IMG/VR virus record: IMGVR_UViG_3300030095_002782
Coordinates: 1-39,839 of that record
Length of the DNA: 39,839 bases
Source: a virus
Taxonomy: Duplodnaviria > Caudoviricetes
Strand: one strand, 5' to 3'
Shown: positions 18,653 through 27,937 of the stretch, one piece after another
Layout: each line of letters begins with the position of its first letter
Position numbering within the stretch: position 1 is the stretch's first letter
The notes under the pieces: generated by a model
The model's database searches: none
Seen by the model: only the letters and a program-made list of their open reading frames with translations
What the model was told of the DNA's origin: nothing
Made by a program: the position numbers and the translations under genes

Positions 18653-20512
18653 TTAGTGTGTTTCTGCCCAGTTATTACCTATCTTATATTCGCCGTCCAA
18701 TGGGCATTTCATCTTTAAATAACGACCAGCTTCCCTTATTGCAATACATGCTGTTTTACCAAATTGATCTGCAAGTTCTGGTTTAACTTCCGTTTGAAAC
18801 TCATCATGTATATTAGCTACAAATGTATAGTCTTGCACAGCTCGCCATTTATTACGTGCTAGATGTGTGTTTAAACCTACTAATGCTTGCTTCATTACAA
18901 CTGCTCCCGCCGATTGTAACAGCGTGTTAAGCGCTGAATGTTCAGAGCGTATCGGTAGTATGCGACCGTCTAATCCTTTTAAAAATCCACTACGTTTGAC
19001 CTTCGCTTCCACGGCTTTTTTCAACGCTTTTAAAGCGGGAAGAGATGTAAGGAATCGCTGTTTTAACGCACGTCCTTCTCTTGCTGTACCACCTACAATC
19101 TCTCCAATCTTTGCGTCGCCAGCACCGTATAAAAATGCGTAGATAAATGTCTTCGCTTGATCGCGTGTTTTTAATCCAGCCGCTTGTTGGTTGACCGTGT
19201 GAATATCTCCTTCTAATAGTTGACGTCCATATTGTCCACCGTCGAACCCAGCAAGGTAATGCGCAAGCATACGAAGTTCAAGACCACTCGCATCACAACC
19301 GACAAGGACGTAACCCTTACGCGCTATGAATAACTCACGACACTCCTTACCGTATGGTGCGCGTACTGCTGGTACTTGTGCGATATTAGGATAGCTATGA
19401 GTACAACGACCTGTGACTGTTCCGTTGGTGTTTACCTTACCGTGTATACGTCCTTTACGAACTCGCTTAATCCATGCATTGTCGCCTTCGGCTAACATAC
19501 CTAGACGTTTAACAACCATTAAGTATTCTAGTAGAAGATCAGCCGACGGATGCTTGACGCTTTTAAGCACGGCTTCATCGATCTTTGGTTTACCATCGGG
19601 TGTGAAGTGTACAGGTTTCCAACCTAGTTCTTTTAATCGATCTGCTATCTGATCACGACTGCCTGGATTAAAAGGTATGGACTTAGTTTTGTTACCTAGC
19701 TTTGTCGCCTTGTTAGCGAGTGCTTGTACTTGTCCTTCTTCTTTAAGCATCTTCTTCAACGCCGCTTTAGTCTCCCCGAAGTATTGCTTCCCGTCAACTT
19801 CTACTTCCCATCCTTCGGGTGTCTTCATCTCTTCAACAACAGGTGGAAACGTCTTCTGTAAATCGTCGAGTAGTTCAGCACGTCGGGTAGTCAATACTTG
19901 TATTAACTTGTCCGCCTTATCTTCGTCAAAAGCAAACCCAGCAAGTTCCTGTTTACGCATTAGCGTAGCAAAGAAGTGTTCAAGATTTAACATTCGATTA
20001 TCAGGTTCCTGTTTTTTTACATACGCACCTACAGAATGCGTCACCATTACATCGCGCTCACAATACTTACGCATCTCTTCCGTATACACATCGAAGTTAT
20101 CGGAATCAAACTCCATTTTAGACACGCCTAAACGATTACCCCACGCCTTTAAACTATGCGATCCCCATAGGTCTTTAGGAAAATCCTTACGTACCATATC
20201 GAGTTTAAACAAATCAGAATGTATGCACCTTGTCGTTACTGCTGTGTCTAATACACGCGCTCTAGGCATCCACCCATATAACTTAGCAAGTGCTGGTATA
20301 TCAAAGCCAATGACGTTGTGACCCACGATTGTTTCAGCGCTGTCGAGTAAGCGTAAACCTTGTTGCATACTAGTGTCTGAAAAAGTCAACATCTGTTGTT
20401 TAATCGGATTATAAACGCTCAAGCAATGAACAATTTTTAAATCATCAAGCGTTACGAAGTCTTCCAATCCGTTCGTCTCGATGTCGAAATACAATGTTTT
20501 GTTCATGTTCAT
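18653..20512 (-). CDS. polA: Family A DNA polymerase with 3'-5' exonuclease (T7 gp5-like)
   Basis: FDIETNG, GHNVIGFD, DASGLELR, AKTFIYAFLYG, NIHDE; ATGA overlap with the upstream stop. Confidence 0.97.
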   Translation of the reverse strand: MNMNKTLYFDIETNGLEDFVTLDDLKIVHCLSVYNPIKQQMLTFSDTSMQQGLRLLDSAETIVGHNVIGFDIPALAKLYGWMPRARVLDTAVTTRCIHSDLFKLDMVRKDFPKDLWGSHSLKAWGNRLGVSKMEFDSDNFDVYTEEMRKYCERDVMVTHSVGAYVKKQEPDNRMLNLEHFFATLMRKQELAGFAFDEDKADKLIQVLTTRRAELLDDLQKTFPPVVEEMKTPEGWEVEVDGKQYFGETKAALKKMLKEEGQVQALANKATKLGNKTKSIPFNPGSRDQIADRLKELGWKPVHFTPDGKPKIDEAVLKSVKHPSADLLLEYLMVVKRLGMLAEGDNAWIKRVRKGRIHGKVNTNGTVTGRCTHSYPNIAQVPAVRAPYGKECRELFIARKGYVLVGCDASGLELRMLAHYLAGFDGGQYGRQLLEGDIHTVNQQAAGLKTRDQAKTFIYAFLYGAGDAKIGEIVGGTAREGRALKQRFLTSLPALKALKKAVEAKVKRSGFLKGLDGRILPIRSEHSALNTLLQSAGAVVMKQALVGLNTHLARNKWRAVQDYTFVANIHDEFQTEVKPELADQFGKTACIAIREAGRYLKMKCPLDGEYKIGNNWAETH

Positions 20513-20913
20513 AAATAGCGTACTACTTTCTTCCAATATGCTTGTGTTTCTGCTTTGTGGTAGCCATTAGGTCCACCGTTATGAATACGCGCTAAGACTT
20601 CCCAAGTTGAATCGTTTGGCGAGTGTCTGTTCCAGTAATTCATTATCACTTGTTCAGCATATACTTGATCAACACACATCGCCCAAGTGCCATTAATTGT
20701 TTGGTCAAAGTTATAAGCGTCGATCCAATAGCCAAAACTTATTTGATAAGGACCGATTGATCGACCGCTATCACCGACAGCATAAGGCGCATCATAAGCA
20801 CCACCACTTTCGACAAGACGGATCGCTCGAAAAAGCGTTGCATAATCAGAACGACTGTGACGAGGTTTCGGTAGTATTGTTATTAGTTTTAAGAAACGAG
20901 TTATCATGTTCAT
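20509..20913 (-). CDS. Lysozyme-superfamily peptidoglycan hydrolase, i-type/destabilase-like
   Basis: AIRLVES, GPYQIS..YWIDA and ARIHNGGPNG motifs. Confidence 0.75.
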   Translation of the reverse strand: MNMITRFLKLITILPKPRHSRSDYATLFRAIRLVESGGAYDAPYAVGDSGRSIGPYQISFGYWIDAYNFDQTINGTWAMCVDQVYAEQVIMNYWNRHSPNDSTWEVLARIHNGGPNGYHKAETQAYWKKVVRYL

Positions 20914-22471
20914 TTAATCTTCCTGTTGTTTGGTTAAAATAGAGCGTCGAAGCTAAACCAGTCTCACCTGAGAATCGGTTCTTCAACACTCGAATACGTG
21001 TTTGGTTTGCGTCTGCTTCTGATTGTTGATTTCGTTCTAAACCAATAACCATGTCAGACAGTTGTGGTATGGCGTGTGAACCGCGAAGATGTGCAAGCGA
21101 TGTGATCGCTCCTTCTTCGTGTCCAGCACCTGGAGGTCGCTTTAAATGACTGACTAATACCATGCCACATTGCGTCTCTTCGACGAGAGAACGTAGACGT
21201 GTCATCGTGTTGTCAATCAATCGTCGTTCATCATCACCTTCAAACCCACTTACCACTATCGATAAATGATCAAGAAATAGCCACTTACAATTTAGTCCTT
21301 TGCATAGGTATCTAATTCGATTAAGTAGATTATCACTGTCACAACTTCCGAAGTGATCGTAGGTATAAAAGCGTCCGTTTCCTACCGTCTCTTCAAAAGT
21401 AGGTCGTAACTCTTCATTGTTTATTTCTTTTTCGAGATGAAGCGGTTTGTTGATGTGTAGTCCCATTATACCCAGAGCCGTCCGCCTGACTGACTCTTCT
21501 AGCGCGATGTAACCGACTGTTTCGCCACGCTCTAATAATGAATACGCAACCTCACGACAAAACAGAGACTTCCCAATCCCGCTACCCGCGCATATCGTGA
21601 CGAGTTCTCCCCGTCGTATACCGTGTGTCATGTCGTTCAAGGATGTGTATGGGTACGGTTGAGACTCAACGTTATTTACTTCGCTTATCTTTTCCCATAG
21701 TTCTTCAGCGCCAACGATACCATCGGGTCGATACTCACGCGCTTCAAAGACTGCGGTTACAATCTCCTTTGCACGGTTCGCCTTTAACATATCGTTCGGG
21801 TCTTTAAGCGGTAGCTCTGCGATCTTTGCACGTCCAGGAGTTAGAAGAGCCGCACATTCTGCCGCCCCTGAGCGTCCTGGATCGTCCATATCAAACATGA
21901 ACACCACTTCTTCATATCGTTCAAGCCAATCGAGTGCTTGAGCGACGTGGTTCTTAGCTCCGCCAGCACCGTGCGGTACAGATACGACTGCCCAGCTATT
22001 GTTAAACGCTTGGGACACGCTTAAAGCGTCGATCTCTCCTTCGGTTACGACGACTCGCTTACCACTGTCGCGCCACAGATGTTGTCCGTATAATCCGATT
22101 AGTTCGCCACGTACCGTAAATGATTTGTTAGCGTATCTAATCTTCTGTCCACATAACTTGCCGTCACGAGTACGGTAGTTTGCGACTTGAACCATCTGTC
22201 CATCGACTTCAGCGGCTTGATAACCCCACTTCTTACACGTCTCTTCCGTTAGGTTACGACGCGTTAAAGCGGTGGTCTTGCCGTTACTTACAAACGACGC
22301 TTTATTAGTTTTGGTCGTTGGTTGTTCTTCCATTTTTTGTTTTTCATTTTTGTTGGGTTGAGTGTTCTTTCCACAGCTAAAGCAATGACTCGATCCGTCT
22401 ACGTAGGTAGATCGTCCATCACTCGAACCACAGGCGGAACAGGACGTGTGGATTTCTTTGTATTCAGCCAT
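20846..22471 (-). CDS. Primase-helicase (T7 gp4-like)
   Basis: CxxC...CFSC zinc finger, TOPRIM TEGEID and FDMD, Walker A AGSGIGKS, LDHL, LRGS, KNRFSG. Confidence 0.97.
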   Translation of the reverse strand: MAEYKEIHTSCSACGSSDGRSTYVDGSSHCFSCGKNTQPNKNEKQKMEEQPTTKTNKASFVSNGKTTALTRRNLTEETCKKWGYQAAEVDGQMVQVANYRTRDGKLCGQKIRYANKSFTVRGELIGLYGQHLWRDSGKRVVVTEGEIDALSVSQAFNNSWAVVSVPHGAGGAKNHVAQALDWLERYEEVVFMFDMDDPGRSGAAECAALLTPGRAKIAELPLKDPNDMLKANRAKEIVTAVFEAREYRPDGIVGAEELWEKISEVNNVESQPYPYTSLNDMTHGIRRGELVTICAGSGIGKSLFCREVAYSLLERGETVGYIALEESVRRTALGIMGLHINKPLHLEKEINNEELRPTFEETVGNGRFYTYDHFGSCDSDNLLNRIRYLCKGLNCKWLFLDHLSIVVSGFEGDDERRLIDNTMTRLRSLVEETQCGMVLVSHLKRPPGAGHEEGAITSLAHLRGSHAIPQLSDMVIGLERNQQSEADANQTRIRVLKNRFSGETGLASTLYFNQTTGRLNEHDNSFLKTNNNTTETSSQSF

Positions 22472-22851
22472 GATTTTGGTATCGTTTTGTCACAATATTT
22501 AAGTCCTTTTTGTTCGCAGTATTTTGCGTATGTTGTTTTAGAACCTTTGCGTATCTTGTTCGACGCATTCATAAAACAAAGACGGACATCAAGTTCGGGA
22601 TGTTGTTCTCGAATAAGAAGATGTTTTGTTCTGTCTTCACTCGTCCATAAACCTTTGGTCTCGACGATTATTCCGTTTGGTAGAATAAAGTCAGGTGTGT
22701 ACGTACTGAGTTTCTTGTATTCGATCTTCACCGTTTCGTACCCGAACTTGATGCCGTTCCGCTCTAACCAATTAGCGGTCTTTGCTTCAAATCCAGAACG
22801 ATACTTAGAAGTCCGCCGACATGGGCGTTTCTTGTTTGGTTTTCTCGGCAT
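22399..22851 (-). CDS. Endonuclease I / Holliday junction resolvase (T7 gp3-like)
   Basis: YRSGFE, YTPDF.L.NGIIVETKG, DR.KHLLIREQHPELDVR. Confidence 0.95.
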   Translation of the reverse strand: MPRKPNKKRPCRRTSKYRSGFEAKTANWLERNGIKFGYETVKIEYKKLSTYTPDFILPNGIIVETKGLWTSEDRTKHLLIREQHPELDVRLCFMNASNKIRKGSKTTYAKYCEQKGLKYCDKTIPKSWLNTKKSTRPVPPVVRVMDDLPT

Positions 22852-23446
22852 TCGGTTCTGGTTGATCGAGAGTATTCTCGAATGTTTCTCCCCCGTTTGT
22901 ATATCCACCTTCTTCGGCGGTAAATCCAAAGGATGTTGCTTTCTCGCTTGTTCCAACAGCAGCAAGTTCGAGTACTTGAACGCCTTGCGGTTCTAATCTC
23001 ATACCGAATCCATGTGCGGCGACGTACCAAAACATCACCTTCATTCCGATCTTGATACGACTACCACCACCGATGATGTCGTCGCCCTTCATCGGGTTAC
23101 CTTGGCTGTCGAACAAAGCGACGCTTAACTTATACTCGCTACCATCTTTACGCTTACCACCCGCTTTCATCTTTAACTTTACGATGTGATCTTCTCCGTC
23201 AATGACGAATGGAGAGTTCGCTTTTTTTAGTTCTTTACCTTGCTTGGTGTTCTCGGCGAGGTAAGCGGCTTCATACTCTGGTTGTAACTGTGCTTTTAAC
23301 TTATCCCAATCAGCTTTGTCTAATATCAATTCGGTTCGGTATGTTCCGTACTCTCCGTCATATTCGCCTGTCGATGGTTTAGTTAAGTAACAATATCTTG
23401 CTGTTCCTATTGGTGTGGTTATTGTCTTCATATTATATCTGGTCAT
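22805..23446 (-). CDS. ssb: Single-stranded DNA-binding protein (T7 gp2.5-like)
   Basis: TTPIG.A.Y.YL.KP, IGGGS, acidic tail ending DF; AGGAG RBS; directly after RNAP. Confidence 0.9.
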   Translation of the reverse strand: MTRYNMKTITTPIGTARYCYLTKPSTGEYDGEYGTYRTELILDKADWDKLKAQLQPEYEAAYLAENTKQGKELKKANSPFVIDGEDHIVKLKMKAGGKRKDGSEYKLSVALFDSQGNPMKGDDIIGGGSRIKIGMKVMFWYVAAHGFGMRLEPQGVQVLELAAVGTSEKATSFGFTAEEGGYTNGGETFENTLDQPEPNAEKTKQETPMSADF

Positions 23447-23470
23447 TAATCGCTCCTTTTAAGCGTCGTT

Positions 23471-25882
23471 TTATGCGAAGAAATAGTCAGAGCCTAGCAC
23501 CTCAAGCGGATCAAGAGTTCCGTAAGGAGGTAGGTCTGGTAGTTCTTCTTTGGTTTGTGTTTGGACTTCATCCTTGAATTTAAGAAGTAAGTCCTCGTTG
23601 AAAGTGTTTGCGGTTTCTCGTCGTATGATCCCGCTTAATGCTTCGCTGTTTGTAGAGTGGGTTGCGAAGCTGTCGTGTACCATAGCGAGCGAGCGGATGC
23701 CCATTTTCTTCGCTTCGTTCGTCGTCCTGTGTGCAATGGTAGCGTCAAGGCTGTGTACAAAATTAGGACTGATACCATTGGATTGACGCTTGCGATCAAT
23801 TTCATCTAACGGTTTATGCCATTTAACAAATGAAATCCTGTCGCCTAACATTGTATGAATTTGTGATCCTTTCGTGTTAAAATATTTTTGTCTTACTTTA
23901 AAACCAAGTGGTGTCGTCCATTCAATCGCCTTGTCTTCACGTGCTAGTAACCTCGCACATTGTTGTAACCACGCCATGACTGCGTTTGGTCGGCTTAAGC
24001 ATTCGTCCATCGCCTTCCACACAACCATAGATAATTGACTGACTGCGGGTGTTGTCTCACTTCCAAACGGATCGATGTCGCGCTCAAGACACACGTCTCT
24101 GAACCAATCATGTACGTAGTCACGACAGGACTGACGAGTACCGCCGTAGGGTTTGACCATGACGGGTCGCTTGGTAACCTTGCGTGTAATGCCTAGCTTC
24201 AACCATGCAGTCGCAATATGGTCGCCCTTCTTCGCTTTCTTCTTTAATTCTTCCGTTACTTGATCCGCTACAAATTGATAGAGATCGGCGGGAGCTTCCG
24301 TAGCTGATACGTTTGTAGCTCGACCGCCGATCTCATCCCTACCCAACAAAGAAAGTAATTGTATACCGTTGTTAGACGCGTCCATAGCGACGGGCAGACG
24401 GGTTTTAAATCCCCGTCCACCCATGCTTAATAACTCACCCCATTCAAAACAAAATGCTAAGAACTGCCACGGCTCATCCGCTCCCGTCCACCAGTCGTTG
24501 ACCTTCGGGTCTTTACATACTTCAAATATTTCTTGGCGTCTGTCATTGACCCACTTAACACGCTCGTCAAAAGTCACCTTGTCCATACCATAACAATTTG
24601 CACCGTGTATAGCTAACCATCGAGCGTCCGTTTCGGGTTTCCAAATCGTTTCCGACTCGCTAAATAATAACAACGACTTTGCCAAGTCAGTACCTTGTGG
24701 CGACAGGTAGTAAGGCACGGGATACATACGTCCACGAAAGTCGATCTGATGTGGGAAGTAAAAGTGTTTACCTGCATACTTATCACCTAACCATAACGTC
24801 TTTATGATTTGTAAACGCTGACTACGTAACGATATGTTTAAACTTCTAAGCACTCCGCTCTTCCGTCCAAGCTCACGCTTACGGTCTGGATCGCCTTCGG
24901 CTGTCGGATCAAACGGTGGTAGCTCGTAGTCTGTACGACGACACATCTCGCCAATCTCTCGGTCATTATCCCATGCCCATCGTGCAATCTTTAATACTTT
25001 GTCATTAACCGTCCAAGGCGTCTCTTGTACGTGATTAACCGAATCAATCACGGGTTGAAAACTTGACGTGTCAAGCTCACGCATATATTCCATGTCGTTC
25101 GACTTAATAAACGTCAAAGGTTGTAAGTCTTTATCCTTATATCCGCCTTGCCATAGACCCTTCCACGGTGCGGGCGTTTCCACCATAGGTAACCATAAAG
25201 GTTGTAAGAGTTCTTGGTTTTGATTGTAGTCAGCAATCCACTGGAATAAATCGTCGCTTGGTGTAATAACCCAACGCGTTTTATTTTTGTGTCCTAACAT
25301 GACGAAGGTAACTAAATTAGTAACTGTGCGTATAAGTTCAAGCAACCATGTACCCATAAATATTTTTTCTTTACGCGTCCATGACGTCCAAGGCTCGATG
25401 TTGCCTTTCTTTGATTCGCCTTGCTCGTGCCTTAAAAAAGCTTCACGTACTCGTCGGTAGGTTCGATCACTCCATTTCTCAACGTCCTTTTTAGCGAACT
25501 TAAATACTTCGGGATACTCTTCCTTAAGGCGATTGTATCGTGCTTCATCTTCGATGTTCGTCGCGACTCGAATCGCTGTGTTCGTCAGCGGATGTTTACG
25601 ACAGATACCATCAAGCATTGTCTTCATTGCGATTAAGCTGATGACTTCAGGTTTCATATCCCATATAAGAGGAAACCATTTTGGTACAGCCGCCACGTTT
25701 TTCTTGTGGTACTTGATTCTGTTTTGTAATTCGTCGATTACTTGCGGTAATGTACCACGTAACAATCGCTGACCATAAGGCGATTCGGATTCCTTTTCAC
25801 GACGCTTTGCAGACTCCACCTTACGGCGGTAACGGGCGATGCCCGATTGTTGCATCTCTAGGTTAAGCTCTAGCTGATCCAT
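23471..25882 (-). CDS. Single-subunit DNA-directed RNA polymerase (T7 gp1-like)
   Basis: DFRGRMY, PQG.D, DASNNGIQ (motif A), RKVTKRPVM..PYG (motif B), VHDSF (motif C), ends YFFA. Confidence 0.97.
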   Translation of the reverse strand: MDQLELNLEMQQSGIARYRRKVESAKRREKESESPYGQRLLRGTLPQVIDELQNRIKYHKKNVAAVPKWFPLIWDMKPEVISLIAMKTMLDGICRKHPLTNTAIRVATNIEDEARYNRLKEEYPEVFKFAKKDVEKWSDRTYRRVREAFLRHEQGESKKGNIEPWTSWTRKEKIFMGTWLLELIRTVTNLVTFVMLGHKNKTRWVITPSDDLFQWIADYNQNQELLQPLWLPMVETPAPWKGLWQGGYKDKDLQPLTFIKSNDMEYMRELDTSSFQPVIDSVNHVQETPWTVNDKVLKIARWAWDNDREIGEMCRRTDYELPPFDPTAEGDPDRKRELGRKSGVLRSLNISLRSQRLQIIKTLWLGDKYAGKHFYFPHQIDFRGRMYPVPYYLSPQGTDLAKSLLLFSESETIWKPETDARWLAIHGANCYGMDKVTFDERVKWVNDRRQEIFEVCKDPKVNDWWTGADEPWQFLAFCFEWGELLSMGGRGFKTRLPVAMDASNNGIQLLSLLGRDEIGGRATNVSATEAPADLYQFVADQVTEELKKKAKKGDHIATAWLKLGITRKVTKRPVMVKPYGGTRQSCRDYVHDWFRDVCLERDIDPFGSETTPAVSQLSMVVWKAMDECLSRPNAVMAWLQQCARLLAREDKAIEWTTPLGFKVRQKYFNTKGSQIHTMLGDRISFVKWHKPLDEIDRKRQSNGISPNFVHSLDATIAHRTTNEAKKMGIRSLAMVHDSFATHSTNSEALSGIIRRETANTFNEDLLLKFKDEVQTQTKEELPDLPPYGTLDPLEVLGSDYFFA

Positions 25883-25907
25883 ATTTTCGTTGTTGGTGAG
25901 TGGTTGC

Positions 25908-26180
25908 GGTCACGACATTGTCACGCCGTTACATCTACTAAGAAATGTACGAAGAGATATTATGTCAACTAAATTATTGAATTGATTGAATAAGTTAAGA
26001 AAAAAACTCGTGACCTGTACAACAAAAGGAACCCCTTTTAAGTCCCTTGTGTATACCAATTTCACCACGCCCGCTGGGCTGTAAGTGTTGGTCAGTAAGG
26101 ACTTGGGTGTATCACCTAGAATTGCTTGAGTCACGAGATTTCTTTCTTTTTCTATGTTTTGGTCACGACTTGGTCACAAC
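25908..26180. mobile_element. attP region with putative integrase arm-type repeats
   Basis: GGTCACGAC/TGTCACGCC at 25908/25919, TCGTGACC at 26008, GTCACGA at 26130, GGTCACGAC/GGTCACAAC at 26161/26172, all flanking a tRNA fragment next to int. Confidence 0.8.
26036..26074 (-). other. attP identity block: 5' half of tRNA-Leu(TAA), not a complete tRNA
   Basis: Minus strand GCGGGCGTGGTGAAATTGGTATACACAAGGGACTTAAAA gives the acceptor 5' strand, D-arm, anticodon stem 5' strand and CTTAAAA loop, then diverges. Confidence 0.88.
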
Positions 26181-27177
26181 TTTCCAACGCATCCCTTGCC
26201 TTCTCCAAAGACTTAGGTGCGAGATGAGCGTAACGTAACGTTGTACTGATCGAGCTATGTCCTAACCACTCCATAACGACGGGTAAAGACATGCCTCGTT
26301 GGACTAATCTTGACGCACACGTATGACGCAAGCAGTGCGGTACGAACTCGTCATCATTACCAAGACCAATCAGATGCTTCATCGTCTTCCAACAATGACT
26401 GAACGCATCCTGGGTGAACGTAAACAATCGCTCGTTACCTTGTTTTAAGTTGCGTTGTAACGCGTCACAAGCGTCGTGGGTAAGCGGTACAGATCGAGAC
26501 TTACCATTCTTGGTATCCCATAAATGTACGACCCGTTCTTCAAGGTTCACATCGCGTCCAAGAAGTTTAAACAACTCACCCGTACGCAATCCCGTACACG
26601 TAAGTATCTTGACGAAGTCTGCCATCTCAGTACGTCCCATCTCTTTTAACTTACCGACCATAGCCGTTTCTTCTTCCGCTGTGATCCAACGCACACGTCC
26701 TTTGGGTTCTCGCTTACGCTCGATCAACGGCATACGTGCGATGTAACCCCGTCGGTATGCGTGTTTAAGCATCTTCGATAGAGCGGCGAGACGTCGGTTA
26801 ATTGTGGCGTTTGCTTTTCCATCGCGTTCAAGCTCGTACACTAGATCATCAATCACACGTTCGTTTACATCGCGTACTGGACGACTTGCCCCGACACGTA
26901 AGTAAACATCCTTCGCGTTCCTCCACAGGCTCATCTCGGATTTACATCCACGCCAATGTCGGTTAAGCGTTTCTTCAGCGAGTTCACGTACGTTCATACT
27001 GACTGCTGTTACATTCGCGACTTCATTCGTGATGTCGATGCCAAGCTTGTCCTTTTTCTCGACCTCCTTTAACCACGTATTCGCCGCGTCATAGCTGTCA
27101 AAGCTCGGACGAAGTCGTCCTTTGGTTGTTCTGACATCAACTTGAAATCGCTGATGTCTCTGTTTTATTTGACCCAT
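26152..27177 (-). CDS. int: Tyrosine recombinase / phage integrase
   Basis: TGLRTGEL, TKNG, HCLRH, LGHSS...TLRY catalytic residues; AAGGAG RBS. Confidence 0.96.
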   Translation of the reverse strand: MGQIKQRHQRFQVDVRTTKGRLRPSFDSYDAANTWLKEVEKKDKLGIDITNEVANVTAVSMNVRELAEETLNRHWRGCKSEMSLWRNAKDVYLRVGASRPVRDVNERVIDDLVYELERDGKANATINRRLAALSKMLKHAYRRGYIARMPLIERKREPKGRVRWITAEEETAMVGKLKEMGRTEMADFVKILTCTGLRTGELFKLLGRDVNLEERVVHLWDTKNGKSRSVPLTHDACDALQRNLKQGNERLFTFTQDAFSHCWKTMKHLIGLGNDDEFVPHCLRHTCASRLVQRGMSLPVVMEWLGHSSISTTLRYAHLAPKSLEKARDALESCDQVVTKT

Positions 27178-27212
27178 ATATTTTCTCCTTTCGTTTTAAC
27201 ATGATGCAGTAT

Positions 27213-27455
27213 CTAAAGTGAAGCGTCCTCATTATCAACTTTTATTTTTATACTTTTATTAAACATCCAATTATGATTGTTAAAGCCTTGGTTCTTCGGA
27301 CGCTTACGATCCAATTCAGTACGATAAATCTTTCCATTGGCGTCTACACCTAGTTGTTTCTTCGTCCAAAAGTTGTCGTATGCTTGGGTTACTATTTTAG
27401 GGTCAATAAAAACGTCATCAATGAAAGTAGAGATTTGGTTTAAGTCGTCGCTCAT
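27213..27455 (-). CDS. Hypothetical protein
   Basis: 80 aa ORF overlapping the upstream stop by 4 nt. Confidence 0.7.
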   Translation of the reverse strand: MSDDLNQISTFIDDVFIDPKIVTQAYDNFWTKKQLGVDANGKIYRTELDRKRPKNQGFNNHNWMFNKSIKIKVDNEDASL

Positions 27456-27937
27456 AGTAATACTTTCTTGGTTATAAGGTTGTCGCTTATGCCTTGTTCG
27501 GACACGTGCTTATCGTTACTCGCTGTGAAACTTCGACGATCAAGATGCCATACTTCTCCACCTAACTCGCGTATCATCTCGGCTTCGTTGTCAAAGCGTA
27601 GATCATCGACGACCAAAGGCGTTACAGCTGAGTCGGTTAAATGCTCGATCAAGCGGACACGTAAAAGCTTAATCCATATATTTTGATCGACCATTTCACG
27701 TCCCCACTCCGTACCAAGCGTCTGTAAAAGGTATCTAGCCGTAACGTCGAAATAAGGTATCTTCTCGTCCTTCTTTTTTAACACGTACTCATTCGGGAAT
27801 ACGGACGTAAGCATGGACTTTAACGGCGTTGCAAAGCTGAACACGTGTCCATTCTTGCCCGCCAAGAACGACGCATAAGTCGATTTACCCACGCCTTTAT
27901 GTCCGCATAGTCCAATTAGTTTAGGTTGTATTGTCAT
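27452..27937 (-). CDS. Deoxynucleoside monophosphate kinase
   Basis: P-loop G.KGVGKST, FA.PLK, R.LLQTLGTEWGR, DDLRF.NE, H.SE. Confidence 0.9.
   Translation of the reverse strand: MTIQPKLIGLCGHKGVGKSTYASFLAGKNGHVFSFATPLKSMLTSVFPNEYVLKKKDEKIPYFDVTARYLLQTLGTEWGREMVDQNIWIKLLRVRLIEHLTDSAVTPLVVDDLRFDNEAEMIRELGGEVWHLDRRSFTASNDKHVSEQGISDNLITKKVLL

Noticed and set aside
19677-20321. Long plus-strand ORFs opposite core genes (also 22322-22996, 3857-4291, 29124-29633 and others)
   Set aside because: Antisense shadows of well-supported minus-strand genes with no motifs or initiation signals
18247-20512. Group I intron or intein in polA
   Set aside because: polA is continuous with all motifs and normal length; the nuclease lies outside it
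26036-26074. Complete phage tRNA-Leu gene
   Set aside because: The sequence diverges right after the anticodon loop; no 3' anticodon stem, T-arm or acceptor 3' strand follows
25910-26134. 74-aa minus-strand ORF between int and RNAP
   Set aside because: It runs through the tRNA fragment and arm repeats and has no protein-like features; more likely non-coding attP
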